A stretch of 64,000 nucleotides of DNA from Amoebidium appalachense (lineage: Eukaryota > Protista > Ichthyosporea), in contig CAVNZM010000003.1 of NCBI GenBank assembly GCA_963693365.1, positions 3,047,106 through 3,111,105 on the forward strand, written 5' to 3'. Below the pieces are notes generated by a model. That model made no database searches. It saw only the letters and a list, made by a program, of their open reading frames with translations, and was not told the DNA's origin. This document shows positions 46,995 to 60,805 of the stretch, in pieces; the stretch's first letter is position 1; every line of letters begins with the position of its first letter. The translations under genes were made by a program, and so were the position numbers.

Positions 46995-47460
46995 TGGGGA
47001 GGGGGAGGCACGGGGGGGGGGGGGGGTCAGCATTGCGGCAGACGTGTCTGGGCCTACCCATGCCATCTTCTAACCTACTAACCCCCCCCTCCCCTCCCCC
47101 CCCCCCCAAAAAAAAAATAAAAAATAAAATTAAAAAAAAATAATAAAAAAATAAAAAACCGGGCCTGGTGTTTCCTACCTAATATTAGTCAAAGTCCACC
47201 TACATCTCTCCCACTGCACCTTTCTCTGTCGTATCCCCCACCAACATTCCCAGTGCCAAACCCAGTGACCTTGACATGACCCGCACACACACACAGGGGG
47301 GGATGACCTACACCGGGGCACTGTCGGGGCCATCCATGTCCTCCTCCTGTGGCCCACATATCAGCAACCACACCCACCATGCCCTGCATACATGGTTCCA
47401 ACGAGCTTGGCAATAGCGCAATCCATTTCGTATTTCATTGTGTGTGTGTGTGTCTGTGTC

Positions 47461-47491
<31 letters not shown>

Positions 47492-48214
47492 ATGTGTGTG
47501 TGTGTGCTCGTGTGTGCGTTGTAGATGAAAAAATTCCCAATATGCTATTTTTGAAAGATGAGACTACCGGATACTCCCCCCCTCCCCCTCCTTGGCAAAA
47601 AAAAGGAAAATGCTCAACGCCCAGGGCTTATGATATGTGCAGATGTGGGGCGTTGTGTGACCTGTGCCCGTGCCATCATAGATACTATGATTTCTCCCTT
47701 TGGCCACGTTAAGGTGACCAGGGCCGGAACCACATCGAAACATCATAAGCTCACAACAACAAAACCACCGCCACGTTTACTGAATATGCGGGTATAGCCT
47801 GTGTTTTAAATACATCTCCTTTGGCCGCACCAGAAACACAGAGGGGCAAGGGGAGGCGGGGGGCTATTTTTATATCTGATGTAGAGGTGATCAAAGTGAA
47901 AGGCACAGGGGGGAACCCACCTGCTCCTCGGCATGGTCCAACAGGCGCTGCTCAAAGGCACGGTAGGCCTCCCACAAACTGGCCCCCTGCAGGGTCATGT
48001 GTCAGCCGTGATGCCCTGCACATGAACACCACACCACACACAGGGGAAGAGGGAGGGTGGGGGGTGGGGGGGTGCGTGTGTGTGTGGGGGGGGGGTGGGT
48101 GGGGGTGGGGGTGTGTGCAGAGAGATGGGAAAGGGGGGGGGGGGGGGGGGGGGGGGGGAGAAAGGGCGACCGAGACAGACACGAAAAAAAACACCCACAG
48201 GCCCACACACACAC

Positions 48215-48269
<55 letters not shown>

Positions 48270-49228
48270 CCCCGGCCAGATGCACCTCTGTGTAGTGCAG
48301 GCCCGCAGCACTCAGGGCCCGCTCATACAGTTGCCGTGCACGCGCCACTGCCTCCTTGTCAACCTCTGCACATCTGTCAGCACCCACCATCCCCCCTCCC
48401 TCCCCCCCCCCCCCCCCCCAAAAAAAAAAACAAGGAAAAAAAAAACAGGCCACCATGCACGCACCTGCGCCCTCCGTGTCGACCTTGCTGTCCAGCAGTT
48501 TGCAGTAACCCACCCACACCTTCACCGCTGCCCCACACTGCCATTAGTATCCACGTAAAATTAAAATCCCCTCTATAAAAAATTGAAGAAGAATAATAAC
48601 CAATAATCCCACTCTCCCACACCCCCCTCAAAAATAATAAATAAATAAATAAATAAAACAAAATAAATAGAATAAAACTCTCCCTCACTCCATAAGGACC
48701 ACCCCCTTCCACTCCTCCCCCCTTCCCCCCTGCCGCCCCTTGCCACCACCACACAACCCATCCGAAACCCCCCCCCCCCCTCCCCCCTCCCTCTCCCCCC
48801 CCCCCCCCTCCCTCCCTCCCCAACCCCCTACCCCCCTCCCTCCGTCCTCCTCCTCCCATGCCCAGCGTGTCCCCCCCCCCTCCCCCCCCCCCCCCCCCCC
48901 CCCCCCCGCGCCCCTCTCCTTTCCCATGCCCAGCACCCTCCCCCCCCCCCCTCCCCTCCCCAGCTCCCTCCCTCCCCCCCTTTCCCCCCCTCCTCCTCCA
49001 GGACCAAGAAATAAGGATAAAGAATAGCCGGTTCAGCAGGCAGGGTGCACGCACAGAGATAGTCCTTGACTGCGCGCTCATACAGAGCCTCGAGCTTGCT
49101 GCTGTCCTCGCCAAGCCGTGCCTCGTCCCCCAGCCACTCCAGCCACAGCACTGCACCACCCAGTCAGGCCCCGTGAAACTGCTGCCTGCCAACCACCCAC
49201 CCACACACACCCCCACCCACACAGATGA

Positions 49229-49263
<35 letters not shown>

Positions 49264-49269
49264 CACACA

Positions 49270-49309
<40 letters not shown>

Positions 49310-49505
49310 ACACACACACACACACATGCATACACACACCTTCCGTAAGGGGAAACACGGCACTCATCTTCTCGCGTGCGTGGCGTATCTCCTGCAGCTT
49401 GCCAGCCCGGCGCAGTGCCGCTATGTACTCCACCTGTGCCCCATAGTCGTAGGCGTTGCCTTGCACCTGCAAACCCCAGGGTTAGCTTGACTGTAGATGT
49501 AGGGT

Positions 49506-49539
<34 letters not shown>

Positions 49540-50002
49540 GGGAGGGGGGGGAGGGGGGGGCAAGGTGTGCAGGTGATCTGGGCAGCCGTGGGGGGTCACA
49601 GGGTGTAATTCAGGTTGCAGGAAACGAAACCTGAGATGGGGTCAGAGATGCTGTAGCTCAATCTGAAAAAGGTGTAGATCCCATGGGCAAATTAGTATCA
49701 TGCACACTTCTCCCCAACTCGTCTCTGCTCACCCCCACCCCTTCACCCCCTCGTGCGCGCACAGGTAAACACACAAAAACGCACTTCCCAACCCTTGCTC
49801 CAAACGCATCTTCGATCTGAAAAGGCCCAGCCCTAGACTCTCCACTCCCTCCCTTCTCCCTCACTCCCCTCCCACCCGCCAGATCCTGTACGGAAGCAGC
49901 ACGCACTCTCAAGCCTTATCTACCATAACTGACTTTCCAGTCTACCACTAGATTCTCCCCTGCCTCTAAATCTTCCCCTCCCCCCTTCCCCTCCCCTCCC
50001 CG

Positions 50003-50045
<43 letters not shown>

Positions 50046-50179
50046 ACACACACACATACACACACCTTGTGCTTGAGTATGCTGATCTGCTTGGCCAGAG
50101 CCTCTTCGTCCTCTGCCTCTGCCTCTGACTCGCCCTCTGACCCGGAAACCTCGGGGTCCTCTTCGTGGTCGGCAGCCAT
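39704..50179 (-). CDS. SART3: SART3/Prp24 U4/U6 recycling factor (HAT repeats + 2 RRM + Lsm-interaction motif)
   Basis: [46 protein letters not shown] and [11 protein letters not shown]. RRMs TVFVKNL...KGYAYVEF and TLFVAGLP...KGFCYVEF. C-terminal [11 protein letters not shown]. One apparent 1-nt frameshift lies in a G8 run at 44785-44792. Confidence 0.93.
43505..43986. repeat. Degenerate ~36-bp intronic minisatellite (GAACATGCCGATCTACCC...) abutting a SART3 5' splice site
   Basis: About 12 copies of the CATGCCGATCTACC core. The last copy is the intron start GTAAGGGTAGAGCAGCATGCTC on the sense strand. Confidence 0.75.
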
Positions 50180-50526
50180 GGTGCAAGGCAGCTAAAACAC
50201 ACAAAGAAAGTTGCTACAAAGTCTTAGGCTATAGCACTGCAGGGAAGGGTGTATTTTTCTTTTTTGTTGATCATCACAGTGACATGATAGGTATGCATCA
50301 GCTGGCTCAGTGACGATATACCGGATAGGTATGCAGGCTCGCACCGCCTTACGTAAGCAAGGCGCGCAGGTGTCAGTGACGTCACACAACCAGCTCGTCT
50401 TGATTGGCCGGTGCCATGTGCACTTGTCAAAGGCTGGGCACAAAAAACAGGCCAAGTTGCAGTCAGTTTTTTACGTTTTTTGGTGCTGTTTTTTGTAGGC
50501 CAGGGCAAGAGTTCATAGTGTCAACC
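50180..50526. promoter_or_regulatory. Compact bidirectional promoter region SART3/eIF3L with CCAAT box and TGACGTCA
   Basis: The start codons are about 350 bp apart and divergent. TGACGTCA at ~50377, TGATTGG at 50401. Confidence 0.55.
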
Positions 50527-53164
50527 ATGCTGGAAGAGGAGTTTGTCGAGTCCAACGCGGACGTCAACGAGTTGGCAAACCTGCGCGAGTACCGCGACGA
50601 CTTCAGCGCAGAGCAGGGCTATGGTACGTGCACAGGCACAGACACGGTGACCGGGTGTCAGCCGTGGGCGTTTTGGGTACATTAGAGCTATTGTTCAATA
50701 ACCAACCATCAGGTGTACAATCATCTTCAAGGAGTAATAGATATGGAACAGACATAATTTTTTGGATCTCAGATCACAAGCTGGATCCAACCAGTCTCGG
50801 CTTTGCGTCAGCAATCAACTCCAACCCCTACGCTTTGTTTGGCTTGGCAGGCTAAGAGGCGGCATACAGAGCATGTGTCGCACCTGCCTGCACTGAGCAG
50901 AAAACTAAAGTACCAGGCGAAGTCATGTCTGTTGCCTGTCCTCAGTCACAGGGATTCGGGAGGTTTCGTAATACACGAGTGCCATGGCACGTTCTGTTCT
51001 GTCTTTACTTATAGTGGAACTGGAAACGGTTTTTCACGTGGGCTACCGCGCGTTTCTTATACCTCAAACATGGAGTCACCACTTTTTTCCCTCGCCGTGG
51101 TCATTCACAGTGAAAGACACAGATTGCACCTCGTTTTACAAAGAGGATCACGGAGAGGGGTGGCCGAAGTCGTGTACCCGGCTGTGAAATTATTACATAA
51201 TGGCGCTGGCTTTCCGGAGAGTGATGTCGTCTGGGTGGAGTTAGATGAGAAAGCACGTTTGAGTGCAGTGTTGGCCCGTCTTTTCAGGGGTGGAGGACTG
51301 TGTAGGGTGTGTGTGGGGCGGGTGAGGGGGGGGGGGGGGGGGGCACCCTGGAGGTGAGGTAAAGGGGGGAGGGGGGGCACTAGTAAAGCAAGGAAGTGTG
51401 GGGGGGGGGGGGGGTTTGCTGCTGACTTGGATCAAACGGATAGATTGTGGGGTAGGCAGGTTCTATTTTTGCACAGTAGTGGAAGACTGGTGGATTCAGA
51501 CACTAAATTAAATTGTATGATAGGCTACCAAGAAGCGCCACAGGTCAACTACACGGCGGCCATCATCCCCGACGTGGTGCGCAGCTTCCTGCAGTACTTC
51601 CACCGCAATGTTATGGCCGAGGAGGTCGGGGTGATCCACGGCATCTACGAGAACACGTGGAACAAGCTGACCGACCGCTACTACAAGAACTCCCCCTGGC
51701 CCTCGGTCGAGCAGGTTGCCCCACTGGTTAACAACGGTACGTGTGCAGCAGGGGGAGGAGGGGGGGGATGATTTTTGGGTATGTTGTAGAGTACGGAGGG
51801 GTGGGGGGGGGGGGGGGGGGCTGAAGAGCTGTACTGGGCCGATCGTGCACATGAGGGATGGAATAGCAGGCGGCATTGCTGGGGCAAAAAAAAGGAAAAA
51901 AAACACCGAGCATGTGATGAGATTGCGTAGTGCATGTTATGGGCAGGTGGCAGCGGCCGGACACTTTGTGTGTATCTGACCGTGGCCGGGCTGTGCAGAC
52001 GAGGTGTTCCTAACGCTGTATAAGGAGCTGTACTTCCGCCACATTTACGCAAAACTGCAGCCCACCCTCGAGCACCGCTTCGAGTCGTACCAGAACTACT
52101 GCAACCTCTTCAACTACATCCTGAGTAAGTGCCTCTGGTCGGTGGGGGCCTTGGGGTGGGGATGTGTATCTGTACTTTTCGGTGCGTGTGTGGCCTGCTG
52201 GTTGGTGTATGGGCACATGTGTACTTCAGGCATCCGAGTTGCTTGTGTGGGTGTTTTGCTCCTTGATTCCTTCTGCTGGCAAGAGGTTGCATGCATTTAT
52301 GTAGGCGATGTGGTGACTACCGTAACTGCAAGGCATGTTCCTGATTGTGCGCATGCTCCCATCACTACGCGTGCTTAAGGGTACATGGCATGGTTGCTGA
52401 ATGTGTGTGTTTGTGTGCTTAGAAGGTACATGGCGTGGTTGCTGAATGTGTGTGAGCAGATGAGGCGGAGCCGGTGCCGCTGCAGCTGCCCAACCCGTGG
52501 CTGTGGGACATCATTGATGAGTTTGTGTACCAGTTCCAGTCCTTCAGCCAGTACCGCACAGTGCTGGCTAAGAAGACAGACGAGGAGCTGGCGGCACTCA
52601 AGGCTAACCCCCAGGTGTGTTGTTTTATTATTTTCATTGTGTTTTTATTGTTATTATTTTTTTTGGGGGGGGGGGGGGGGGAAGAAAGATTTTCGAGGGC
52701 TCAGGTGTGTGTGTGGGGGGGGAGGGGGGTGAGTGGGAGGGGGGTTTTTTGCTGACTAGGCAGTATGCAAAATATTTGTGGGTGTGGAGAACATGGGGAC
52801 GGGGGGGGGGGGCAATGTGGGCATGCACTGAGTTTTTTCTTTTGCAGATCTGGAACGTGCACAGCGTGCTCAACATCCTACACTCTCTGGTGGAGAAGAG
52901 CAACATCAATGCCCAGCTGGTGGTCTACAACAGCGGCGAAGGAAACATGGACACCGTTGCTGGGCCCTTTGGCCGCCACCCACTCTACAAGGTACGTAAC
53001 TCAGGGAGGGGGGAAGTATGCATGGTTGGGCAGGGGCTAAGTGTATATGTGTTTGTGTGCAGATGCTGGGCTACTTCAGCCTGATCGGGCTGTGCCGGCT
53101 GCACTGCATGTTGGGCGACTACCACCAGAGTCTGCAGGTGCTCGAGTGTGTCGAGCTCAACAAG

Positions 53165-53242
<78 letters not shown>

Positions 53243-53506
53243 CCTCACGTGAACTCATGTGTGTGTGGTAGCCTAACGTGCATGTGTTGGGGATATAGTT
53301 TTTTTTGTGTGTGTGTGTGGGGGGGGGGGGGGGGGGGGGGGGATAGCTTCACGGACATTCGTGTCTAAATGTATGTGTGTGTAATAGCTCCACGCGCACT
53401 CGTGTGTGTGTATGTGTGTGTGTTTGGGGGGGGGGGGGCTTAGCCCCGCATGCATGCGTGTTTGGACGTGGGGGGCTAGAAAGGGGTGTCACCTTTGCAT
53501 TCATGT

Positions 53507-53537
<31 letters not shown>

Positions 53538-54393
53538 GGTATGAGGAGGGTTGCAAGTGCATACATGTATATGTGAGGGGTTCACCTCATGTGCATTCAT
53601 GTCTGGGGGCATGTGTGTGTCTTTTCCGGGGAGGGGTGGGGTGGGTGCTGGTTAGCCTCTCGTGCTTGGATGTATGTGTGTGGAGCTGGGTAGCTTGGCT
53701 TGCATTCTTCGCGTGCGTGCATTTGTGTGTAAGGGGGGAGGGGGGAGGAGGGGGGGGGCTGGCTTCAGGTGCATTCTTCGTGTGTGTGAGTAAGGGGAGT
53801 AACCATCATGTGCATTCAGCCGGGAATAGCCTGGGATGCACACGTGTGTGTGTGCATGTGGGCTTCATGTGTGTGTGTGTGTGTGCGTGTGTATGTTTTT
53901 TTTTTTTTGGGGGGGGGGGGGGGGGGAGGGAGGGTGGGATGGGGAGGAGGGGTGGATAGTATGCCGCACATTCGTGTGTGTGTGTGTGTTGGCAGGGGGG
54001 GGGGGGGGGGGGGGGTTCAGTGTCATGTGCGTTTATGGTCGCATGGCTTTGCACACATCGTGTCATGGGTAAGCACGTGCTGACCACGTGCCCCCTCAGC
54101 TCCTGTCCGCCGTGCCTGCCTGCCAGATCACGACGTTCTACTATGTGGCCTTTGACTACCTGATGATGCGCCGCTACCAGGTGTGTGGTGGTGGGGGGGG
54201 GGGGGGGGGAGGGGGGAGGGGGTTGTGTGTGGGGGGAGGGGAGAGGGGCAGGGTCGGATGCATTTATAAATAATTGGAGTCATGGGGGCAGAGACATCGA
54301 AAGACACACATAACAATGCACAAAATAGAATAATCACAAATCTCAAAATATGCAGGCAAGATGCACTCGAACAGAACCCAGCATCGGAAAGCT

Positions 54394-54424
<31 letters not shown>

Positions 54425-55711
54425 GGAGCATTTGGCTGACCATGGGGTTGCAGGACTGTGTTCGGACGCTGGCCAACATTCTGGTGTACATTCAGCGCAC
54501 AAAGCAGTACCACAACCGCTCATACCAATATGACGAGGTGTGTGCTGCATGCATATGCAGAGACACATGAACTATATTGCACATGCACACAGTTTCTCAA
54601 GCCCACGCTCATGCAGTCACAGAAAGCACACACGCACACAAGTATACAACCGAAGCTTGTGCACATGATGTTGCCTTACCACACACACATGCCTTCATGC
54701 TTATGCTTTCACTCTTTGCCAGTTATACTCCTTGTACGCATGCACACACGCATGCACGGACATACAATGCGAATACATACCATCGCACTGCACGACATAA
54801 TCCAGGTCACTATCGTATGTCGTCAACGTGCAGGCACGACATTTGTCTATTTCATTGCTTTTCGTTGTCACCCTGGGTGTATGTTATATGCTAGCGAACG
54901 AACAGTCCAAACAGCACATGGCATTGTACACCTCATAGCCTTGCTGCCTTGTACATGTGTGTCTGTACCCTCCCCCCTACCCCCCTCTATCTCTCTCTCT
55001 CTGCATGGTTGTCCGTCGTAATCGTGTGCTTTGTACTTTGTACTTTGCGCTCCGAGTCTTCCCCCCCCCCCCCCCCCCCCTCCCCCCCACTTGGGTGATG
55101 CGCACACACACATGGAACATAACCAACTCGGTGCGATGTGTAGCACCCTGCGCTGTGGGCCGGTTCTGGCACTTGCAGCAGAGGCTCCGTGTGCTGCCCT
55201 GTGATTGGTACCAGTGTGTTTGTCCTGACGTGGGGCCGCAGATTGCCAAGAAGAACGAGCAGATGTACGGCATGCTGGCCATTGCCGTGACCCTCTACCC
55301 CCAGCGCATCGACGACAACATCCACTCCACCCTCAGGGAGAAGCTGAGCGACAAGATGCTCAAGATGAACCGCGGGTATGTGTCTGTGCACGCCTTTTTT
55401 CTTTTTTTTTTTTTTTTTGAGGAGGAGGAGGGTGAGGGGGAGAAGGGGGGGTTGATTGGGATAATAGTGGGCAGGGTGCTGATGTATGTTTTGGTTCAGG
55501 GATGAGCCCAGCTACGAGGAGCTGTTCAAGTTCTGCTGCCCCAAGTTTGTGTCCCCCGTGGCCCCGCCATTCGATGCCCTGCAGCCCACATCCCCTGTGG
55601 TCCGTAGCCCCTTGTGTGTGTGTGCTGGCTGCAGGAAAGGGGCTGGGCCAAAAGGATAGGCACGGGGAAGTGCTAGTGAAGTGGGGGGAGGTGTGCCCGG
55701 AAGGGTGTGGT

Positions 55712-55743
<32 letters not shown>

Positions 55744-56323
55744 GTAGCTGGCTTGTGCAGACAGATGTTTCATGTATATGCTGTGACGGCGACTGCTTTG
55801 GGTCATGTTTTATTGAGATCATTTGTTGTTTTTTGTTTTGTCTTTTTTGTCTCTGTCGGGCACACTTCAGGGCTGCCTTTTTCTTTCTTCCCTTGCCGGG
55901 GATGCTGACCGGGGTGGTTGTGTACAGGAGGCACAGGAGCGGCAGGTGCGGCAGTTCATTACGGAGGTGCAGCAGCAGATCCTTCTGCCCACCGTGCGCT
56001 CGTACCTCAAGCTCTACACCACCATGCCCATCGGGTACGTGCAGCCCTGGTCGTGAAAGCCTGTGTCTGAATCAGGACAGTACCATGTACATTTTTTTTT
56101 ATTCTGAGTTTGCACTTGGGCGACTGAGTGTTTGTATGGACTAAGTGGTGCAGCTCGTTGTGTTTAACTTGTGTGGTTGGCTCATAGGACTTGTGGCGCA
56201 CCGCAGTCCTGTGTACAATTTGTGAACCGTTCGGACTGTTTCTGCAGATTCTTCTATGGATATGTGCAATGTTTTGGTGATGGTTTTTGTGGTGTGTTTG
56301 TGTGTGTGGTGGTGGTGGTGGTG

Positions 56324-56373
<50 letters not shown>

Positions 56374-56773
56374 GTCTGGGAATGAAGTGGTTCAAAGGGG
56401 AGCGGAAGGGGCAGTGTGTGTGGGCACTGACGGGGAATGGCTGCAGCAAACTGGCCAGCTTCATGCAGACGGACGACGAGACGTTCCGCACGTACCTGTT
56501 GCTGTACAAGCACAAGTCCCGCAGCCTGGTCTGGAAGCAGGGCCCCCCCCTGTCCGGCGAGTACCAGACCACCTCGGACGTGGACTTCTACCTGGATGAC
56601 GTACGTGTGTCTGTCTGTGTGCCGTGTGTGTGTGTGCGTGTGTGTGTGTGTGTGCGCGCGCGCGTGCGCTCTTTTGTGTGTGTGGTGTTTGCTCGCGCCT
56701 GGGTTTGCTTGTGCATGTCCACCCACCTGTTGTGGTTGCTACTTCCTGCACGGGTGTGTGTGTGTGTGTGTTT

Positions 56774-56804
<31 letters not shown>

Positions 56805-57232
56805 TAGAAAAGTGTGCCCTTTAAATTGCTTGGGTAATTATGTAGCTATCAAATTCTGCACACACACACACACACACACCTCCTCTCGTCGTCTGTGTGT
56901 AGTGTGGTGGGTGGGGGGGGTGGAGGGGCAGTACAGCCCATAGAGACGGCTCGATTTAGTGTCAGTATATAACAAGATGACCAATGACATCTTGGCTTTT
57001 TTTTTTTTTTTTTTTTTTTTTTTTGTTTGTTTGTTTGTTTGTTTGTTTGTTTGTTTGTTTGTTTGCTTGAACATCGCCACGGTGGACTGCCGGGTGTAGA
57101 TTCTGACATGGGATTTGGCTGCAGGACATGATTCACATCGCAGACACCAAGATGGAGAGACGGTTTGGCCAGTACTTCCTTAGGCAGATCAACAAATTCA
57201 CGGAGGTCCAGCGCAACCTGCAAAGGTCTTAG
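50527..57232 (+). CDS. EIF3L: Eukaryotic translation initiation factor 3 subunit L
   Basis: [98 protein letters not shown] and [12 protein letters not shown] at 57232. Confidence 0.97.
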
Positions 57233-57589
57233 GCTCGTAGCCACCGTAGAGAATACTTTATTCTTCTGCACATGCACCACACATATACCCGTATCCTAGC
57301 TTGACGAAGGCTGTACAAAACACGTGTGAGAGCTGGCTCGGCCCGGCTGCAGCTAGCAGCCAGCATATGTGGCTGCTAATTACTAATTGGTGGATATATT
57401 GTATGCCTGGCGCGTGCACATAGCGTCATGCTTGTGTGCACAAACAGAAAAATATATAGAATGTGTACCGGGCGTGGGGCATGGTGATTATCATTTTCCT
57501 GTTTTGGGGGGCCCTGCGTCGCACACTTGCAAGTGCGAACACTGTGAAAGTAAAGCATAAAGGGTGCGCTCGATCTGAACGGATCTGGG

Positions 57590-57665
57590 CGCTGATTGGT
57601 CGATTTTAGTGCGGCGTTTTGGTTGGCTTGTCGGGCACCATCACTTTGGCGCTGATTGGCCAAAT
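57590..57665. promoter_or_regulatory. Cluster of CCAAT (CTGATTGG) boxes in a CpG-rich segment upstream of the cNMP-domain gene
   Basis: GCGCTGATTGG occurs twice (~57589 and ~57649), plus GGTTGG between them. Confidence 0.45.
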
Positions 57666-58332
57666 CTGGACCGTTCTGTGGATCAGCAGAATTCATGTTG
57701 GTCTGTGCAAGTACAAAGTGTGCAGGTGGTTATGGTCAACCAGAGTATTAGGCGGATGTCCTTGCATGGCGAGATAGCAATCGGTACGTTACGCTGGTGA
57801 AAGCGCGTTTGTTGCGACTTTTCTGCTTGATGTACTCACATCTAAGGATTTCTGAATTCCGCACGAGTTGGAACCTCCGACTTGAAGCAATTCTAGCCAT
57901 CCTGATTGATCGAGTCCAGTGTTGAACTAGGCAAAGGCTTCACCTTAGGTTACACACACGAAACTGCTTCGTTGACACCTCAGCCGGTTTATGTAGCAAT
58001 CTCTAATTCACAGCATCTAAGCCCCGCATGCTTGGGATAGCACATAGCTACTGCACTACCACAGGCTCTAGATCTCTGACCTAAATTGTCCTGACCAGAT
58101 CTCTACTTAGTAACACGCTTGTGGCGGCGCTCCCTACACGTATAACTATCAACCTGATATTAGAAATTTCAGTAGATACCACCAGTTTCAGGCCTGGCTG
58201 TCAATTAATGGTTAGGCACGATGCCAGGCAAGGCTGTGTAGTCCATGCATTGTAGCGTAAGTCCATAGACCACATAAGCCGGCATTCGCGCACTGCACAT
58301 TGGTGTGTAAGTGGCCATACGGCCACACAAGT

Positions 58333-58660
58333 ATGTCGGGCACCAAGAACCAAAGGGATGCAGCCCAGCGTGGTACGGCCAAGAAGGCCACACTGGGCAA
58401 GGGCTCTGCGCTGCAGGGCACCACCCTGTCCCGGGGGCCCAAAACAGCAGTGAACCAACGGCCAGACGCCAAAGAGAGTGCTGTGTGCCTGCCCCTGCAC
58501 CAACCCCTGCACCCGTGCCTGCTGGAGGGCCCATTTGCGCACGTGCTGGATATCAAGGACCTAAAGGGTACATGCTCTTCCCTTAGCAGTCATTTTTTCA
58601 GGGATCCGGAAGACAGGGGAAGAGGGACGACGGGAACGAGGGGTGTGTGTGGGTACACGT

Positions 58661-58709
<49 letters not shown>

Positions 58710-59163
58710 GTATGGAGGAGGAGATTTTCAAGATCTCTCGCACGTGCATGTGCATGGTGCTTTTAGAGCTCACTCCCGTGTCTCAATCTGGTATGTGCTT
58801 TGTTGTAACGACTGCATCACACTACCGCAGCGCTAGGCAGGCGCTTCAAAGAGCACACGTACCAGAAGGGGGACACGATACACGCCCAGGGCAGTGCCGT
58901 GGAGCACCTGACGCTTGTTGTGGAGGGCAGTGTGGGGGTGCTGGTGGGGGACTATGAGCTGGGCACGAGGGGCCCAGGGCAGATACTGGACGACAGACTG
59001 CTGGTAGACCCGCTGACAGACAAGCCACTAAATAGACCATATGCACACGTGGCTGCAGTTACAACAAAGGTGTGGGTGGTGCTGGTGGTGTTTACGTGTG
59101 TGTGTTTGTGGGTGGGTGCGTGGGCGTGTGGGTGGGTGTGGGTGGATGTAGGTGGGTGTTTTT

Positions 59164-59224
<61 letters not shown>

Positions 59225-59236
59225 AGGGGGGGGGGA

Positions 59237-59276
<40 letters not shown>

Positions 59277-59375
59277 CTCTCTTGCTCCGGGGATGATGAT
59301 TGCTCTATCAAATCAGTTTTTATTTCTTTATTTTTTGTTTTCAAAGTTTGTTTTTTTTTTTTTTTTTTGTTTGAT

Positions 59376-59430
<55 letters not shown>

Positions 59431-59562
59431 CTGAAGTTTCAATGCCATTTTTTTTTACTGTATGTGTGTGGGTGGGTGGGTGGGTGAATGGGTGGGTGGG
59501 TGTTGGTGGGTGGGTGTTTGTAGGCGTGGGCGAGAGTGCGGGTGTGGGTGGGTGGGTGTTTT

Positions 59563-59595
<33 letters not shown>

Positions 59596-59613
59596 TCCTG
59601 GGGAGAGGGATGT

Positions 59614-59644
<31 letters not shown>

Positions 59645-59731
59645 GGGGGGGGGGTTCGCTCTTGCTCCCGGGATGATGAATCCTTTATCATCTCAGTTCT
59701 TATATCTTATTTACTTTTGATTATTGATGAT

Positions 59732-59770
<39 letters not shown>

Positions 59771-59804
59771 GGGGGGGGGGCTGAAGTTCCAATCCTCCCT
59801 TTTT

Positions 59805-59874
<70 letters not shown>

Positions 59875-60470
59875 TGTGTGTGTGTTTGTGTGTGAAGGGA
59901 GGCCCGGGGAAGAGGATCTGAATCTTCGTTCATTTTATTTTGGTTTTATTTCATTTTTTCATTAAAGTTTTTTTTTTTTTTTTTGGTTTGGATGTGTGTG
60001 TGTGTTGGGGGGGGGGGGGGGGGGGGGGGGTGGGGGGGGGGGGGGGGGGGGATAAATTGGGATCTCGGCCTGAATTCCAGTGCGCATGTGCACTCCACCC
60101 ATTCATTCAAGCAACCTTCACCTTCACCATTTTCTTCGTACATGAAGGGATGCTGGGTGGGCCTGATTGGGCCACTAAGCAGGCAGGTAACGTAATAAGG
60201 TGTGGCTGCAGGTGCTCTGGATGCAGAAGGCGACACTGCAGCGGTTATGCAGGGCAAGACCGGCAGTGGCTGAGGGCCTGGGCAGGCTGGCAAAGTACAA
60301 GTACCTGGATAGCAGGTGTGGGCATGGCGGGGTAGTGTGCAGTGGGGCTGCATGCGCAACACACTCACATACACACACACGCACACGCACACACACACAC
60401 TCACATACACACACACACACACACACACAAACACAAACACAACCACACACACAAACACACACACACACAT

Positions 60471-60558
<88 letters not shown>

Positions 60559-60769
60559 ACACACACATCCACACACACACGCAACACACTTACACTCACA
60601 CACACAACGTGACCTGTGTGTGGCCAATGGCTAATCCCCACACACACATACATGGTAATTGCACACACCCCACATTTTGTCACCAGGCCGCCACACATCA
60701 CTGCGGCACACGCACAACCACAAACCAGAATACAATCACCGACATGCATAATGAACACACACGGGCACA

Positions 60770-60805
<36 letters not shown>

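Noticed and set aside
59277-59800. Possible box C/D snoRNAs (ATGATGA ... CTGA, twice)
   Set aside because: The boxes are separated by long G/T homopolymers within a degenerate duplicated segment, with no terminal stem or recognisable guide.
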